In this document: piece after piece, positions 62,171 to 64,000 of the stretch
How positions within the stretch are numbered: position 1 is the first letter of the stretch
Layout of the letters: each line of letters starts with the position of its first letter
NCBI GenBank assembly: GCA_009103225.1
Contig: RHPI01001428.1
Location: 246,158-310,157, forward strand
Reading direction: 5' to 3'
Length of the DNA stretch: 64,000 nucleotides
DNA from: Chlorokybus atmophyticus
Taxonomy: Eukaryota > Plantae > Mesostigma and Chlorokybus algae
Program-made: the position numbers and the translations under genes
The notes under the pieces: model-generated
The model's input: only the letters and a program-made list of their open reading frames with translations
Databases searched by the model: none
Told to the model about the DNA's origin: nothing

Positions 62171-62616
62171 GCACATGCAGCTGCCTGCTGCTAAGTGTGC
62201 ATGCTTGCATGATGTTTTCCTCTACCCTATGCTTGCCTCGTGCTAGTCCCAAGTTGGGACTCCCAAGAGAGAGTAGTTGCTCGATTTGATCAATGCATTG
62301 CTGTGCGCTATTACTTTCTTTGAGGCTTCTAACATTGTGCTGATGATGGCTGTGTGGACAGACCTTTGCGCTGAGCAGGTGCATGCACTACACTTACACG
62401 CCTGCAAGCACTAGGCCAGACCTGCCGGTGGCCTGGCGCTGCTATGCACAGAGTTGAGAGAAATTTTTCTCAACTCACGTGAGGCGACGCGAAACCGGAT
62501 CGTTTTTTAGCCAGTTTGACCGAGCCAGTTCCTTCCCTCGCATCACCTGATCCAGGTCCGATTCCGGACGGTGCTCTCGAGCGTCCACGTCAGCTTAAGG
62601 GTCAGACAGAGATGAG

Positions 62617-64000
62617 ATGTCAGCTGGCGTGCCACTGGGCATGTCTCTGCGAACAATGGCGGCGGCGGTAGTGTCGACGGCAAGGGCAGTGCCTTCTGCT
62701 GCGGTCAGGAGTGCTGCGGCAGCGAGCTGCAGTAGCAGCGGAAGGAGCAGCTTTAGTGCTAATAACAGCAGGCGGGATCAGCACAAGCAGAAGGCGTTTG
62801 CTTCGTCTTGCTTTTCGTCCTCTTTTGCAGGACAGCAACTTGTAGCGAGGTGAGTATGCTGCTGTGATAGTTAGATTGGTCATGGCTGTTTGCTCAGTGG
62901 CAGTGGAGTTGATGATTGACGTTGTTTGCATCCATGCACAGAGCTGCCCCTTCTCCCCTGCGGCCAAGGCAGCCGTCTGCAAGCGTCACCACGTGCGCAG
63001 TGCAGCAGACTGAGAACATGCAGGCTGAAAGCATGCAGGCAAGAGCCTTGTCGCTTTTGTGTTTGTACTTTGATATGTTTGCGTATCTGGGGCGCGGGAA
63101 AAGGGGGGGGGGGGGGGTCTTGTGGTGCTTGTGTGTGGTCGGTGTTTACGTAATTGCANGGGGGGGGGGGGGTCTCTTGTGGTGCTTGTGTGTGGTCGGT
63201 GTTTACGTAATTGCACGTATATTCAAATTCGCGTCGTCATCACAGTTTACGCAAGGCGTGTCTCGGTTATGATGCCATGTACTGGAACGAAACCACAGAT
63301 GCTGTAAGGTCACACAGTTAGCTTGCCGTTGGTTAGTTCTCACCCAACTATGCATCACTTGCAGCTTTCAACTAACGGGCAGAAGGAGTCCCCACTGCAG
63401 GTCACGTACTTGGAGGTGGGCGGTTTTGACACAACATGTACTCACAGCTGTTGCATTTGTGCTTGTTGAATCCTCACTCACTACCAATTCAACTACCGAT
63501 TATACCAACACAGAACAATGGGTGGATATGGGAGGTGGGCGGCGTGCGCATCCTCGTGGACCCATGGCTCGAGGACGCCCTCGACTTCGGCATCCCCTGG
63601 TTCTACAAAGCTTTCAAGAAGAAGCTCCGCTCGTACGGAGTAAGTAGTGATAGATGTGCACGCATGCATGTGCGCGGGCATGTGCGTGTATGTGCACATA
63701 TGTCTTTGTGTCATGACTACCTGGCTGCCTCTCTCAACCCCACTCAGCTCCCCACTCTCGTTTTCAGATCAAGGACCTCCCGCCGGTGGACCTGGTCCTC
63801 CTCACGCAGTCCCTGGACGACCACGCTCACATGAAGACCCTCGTCCCGCTCTCCCAGGTGCGCCCGGACCTCCCGGTCCTCACTGTGCCGAGCGCCGTTG
63901 AGAAGCTCAAGAAGACCTCATTCAAGAATGTAAGTGTTGGATCAACACAAATTTGACAATCGGTATGTTATGGTGTCATCATCAACCTCCTATCAATGAT
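62617..64000 (+). CDS. Metallo-beta-lactamase-fold hydrolase with plastid transit-like N-terminus; 5' partial, continues past the window
   Basis: Exons include 63401-63415 (VTYLE), 63514-63639 (WIWEVGGVRILVDPWL...LDFGIPWFY) and 63768-63929 (DLPPVDLVLLTQSLDDHAH). The Ser/Ala-rich exon 1 spans 62617-62849. Confidence 0.85.

Noticed and set aside
63103-63215. ~55-bp direct repeat with poly-G either side of N at 63159
   Set aside because: The two copies flank a gap character at a homopolymer, which is typical of unmerged contig overlap rather than biology.

Overview
Eukaryotic nuclear DNA: gene-dense, GC around 50%, with short spliceosomal introns (mostly 60-170 nt). The gene set (TGD2, plastid-type MurC, GT29, ARF-B, CAX, a ZIFL-type MFS transporter, plant-type EF-hand and metallo-beta-lactamase families) points by inference to a green-lineage organism, most plausibly a streptophyte alga. 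I assembled 15 protein-coding genes by hand from splice sites; two are cut by the window edges, and six pairs are head-to-head. Two gene-poor intervals (about 1.4-6.2 kb and 35.9-42.4 kb) hold mobile-element relics and duplications. Highlights: (1) a ~2,045-aa tail-anchored coiled-coil (TNO1/golgin-like) gene built from 18 tandem phase-0 exon modules of fixed sizes; (2) an intact 617-bp TRIM with TSD, PBS, PPT and a tRNA-like leader; (3) a highly diverged uS3/RPS3-like pseudogene broken by a second LTR relic that shares the TRIM's pre-PPT motif; (4) two relics of one RLE-type non-LTR retrotransposon family; (5) a 904-bp partial gene duplication beside an assembly gap. No CRISPR, rRNA or complete tRNA was seen. 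All family assignments come from remembered motifs, not database searches.
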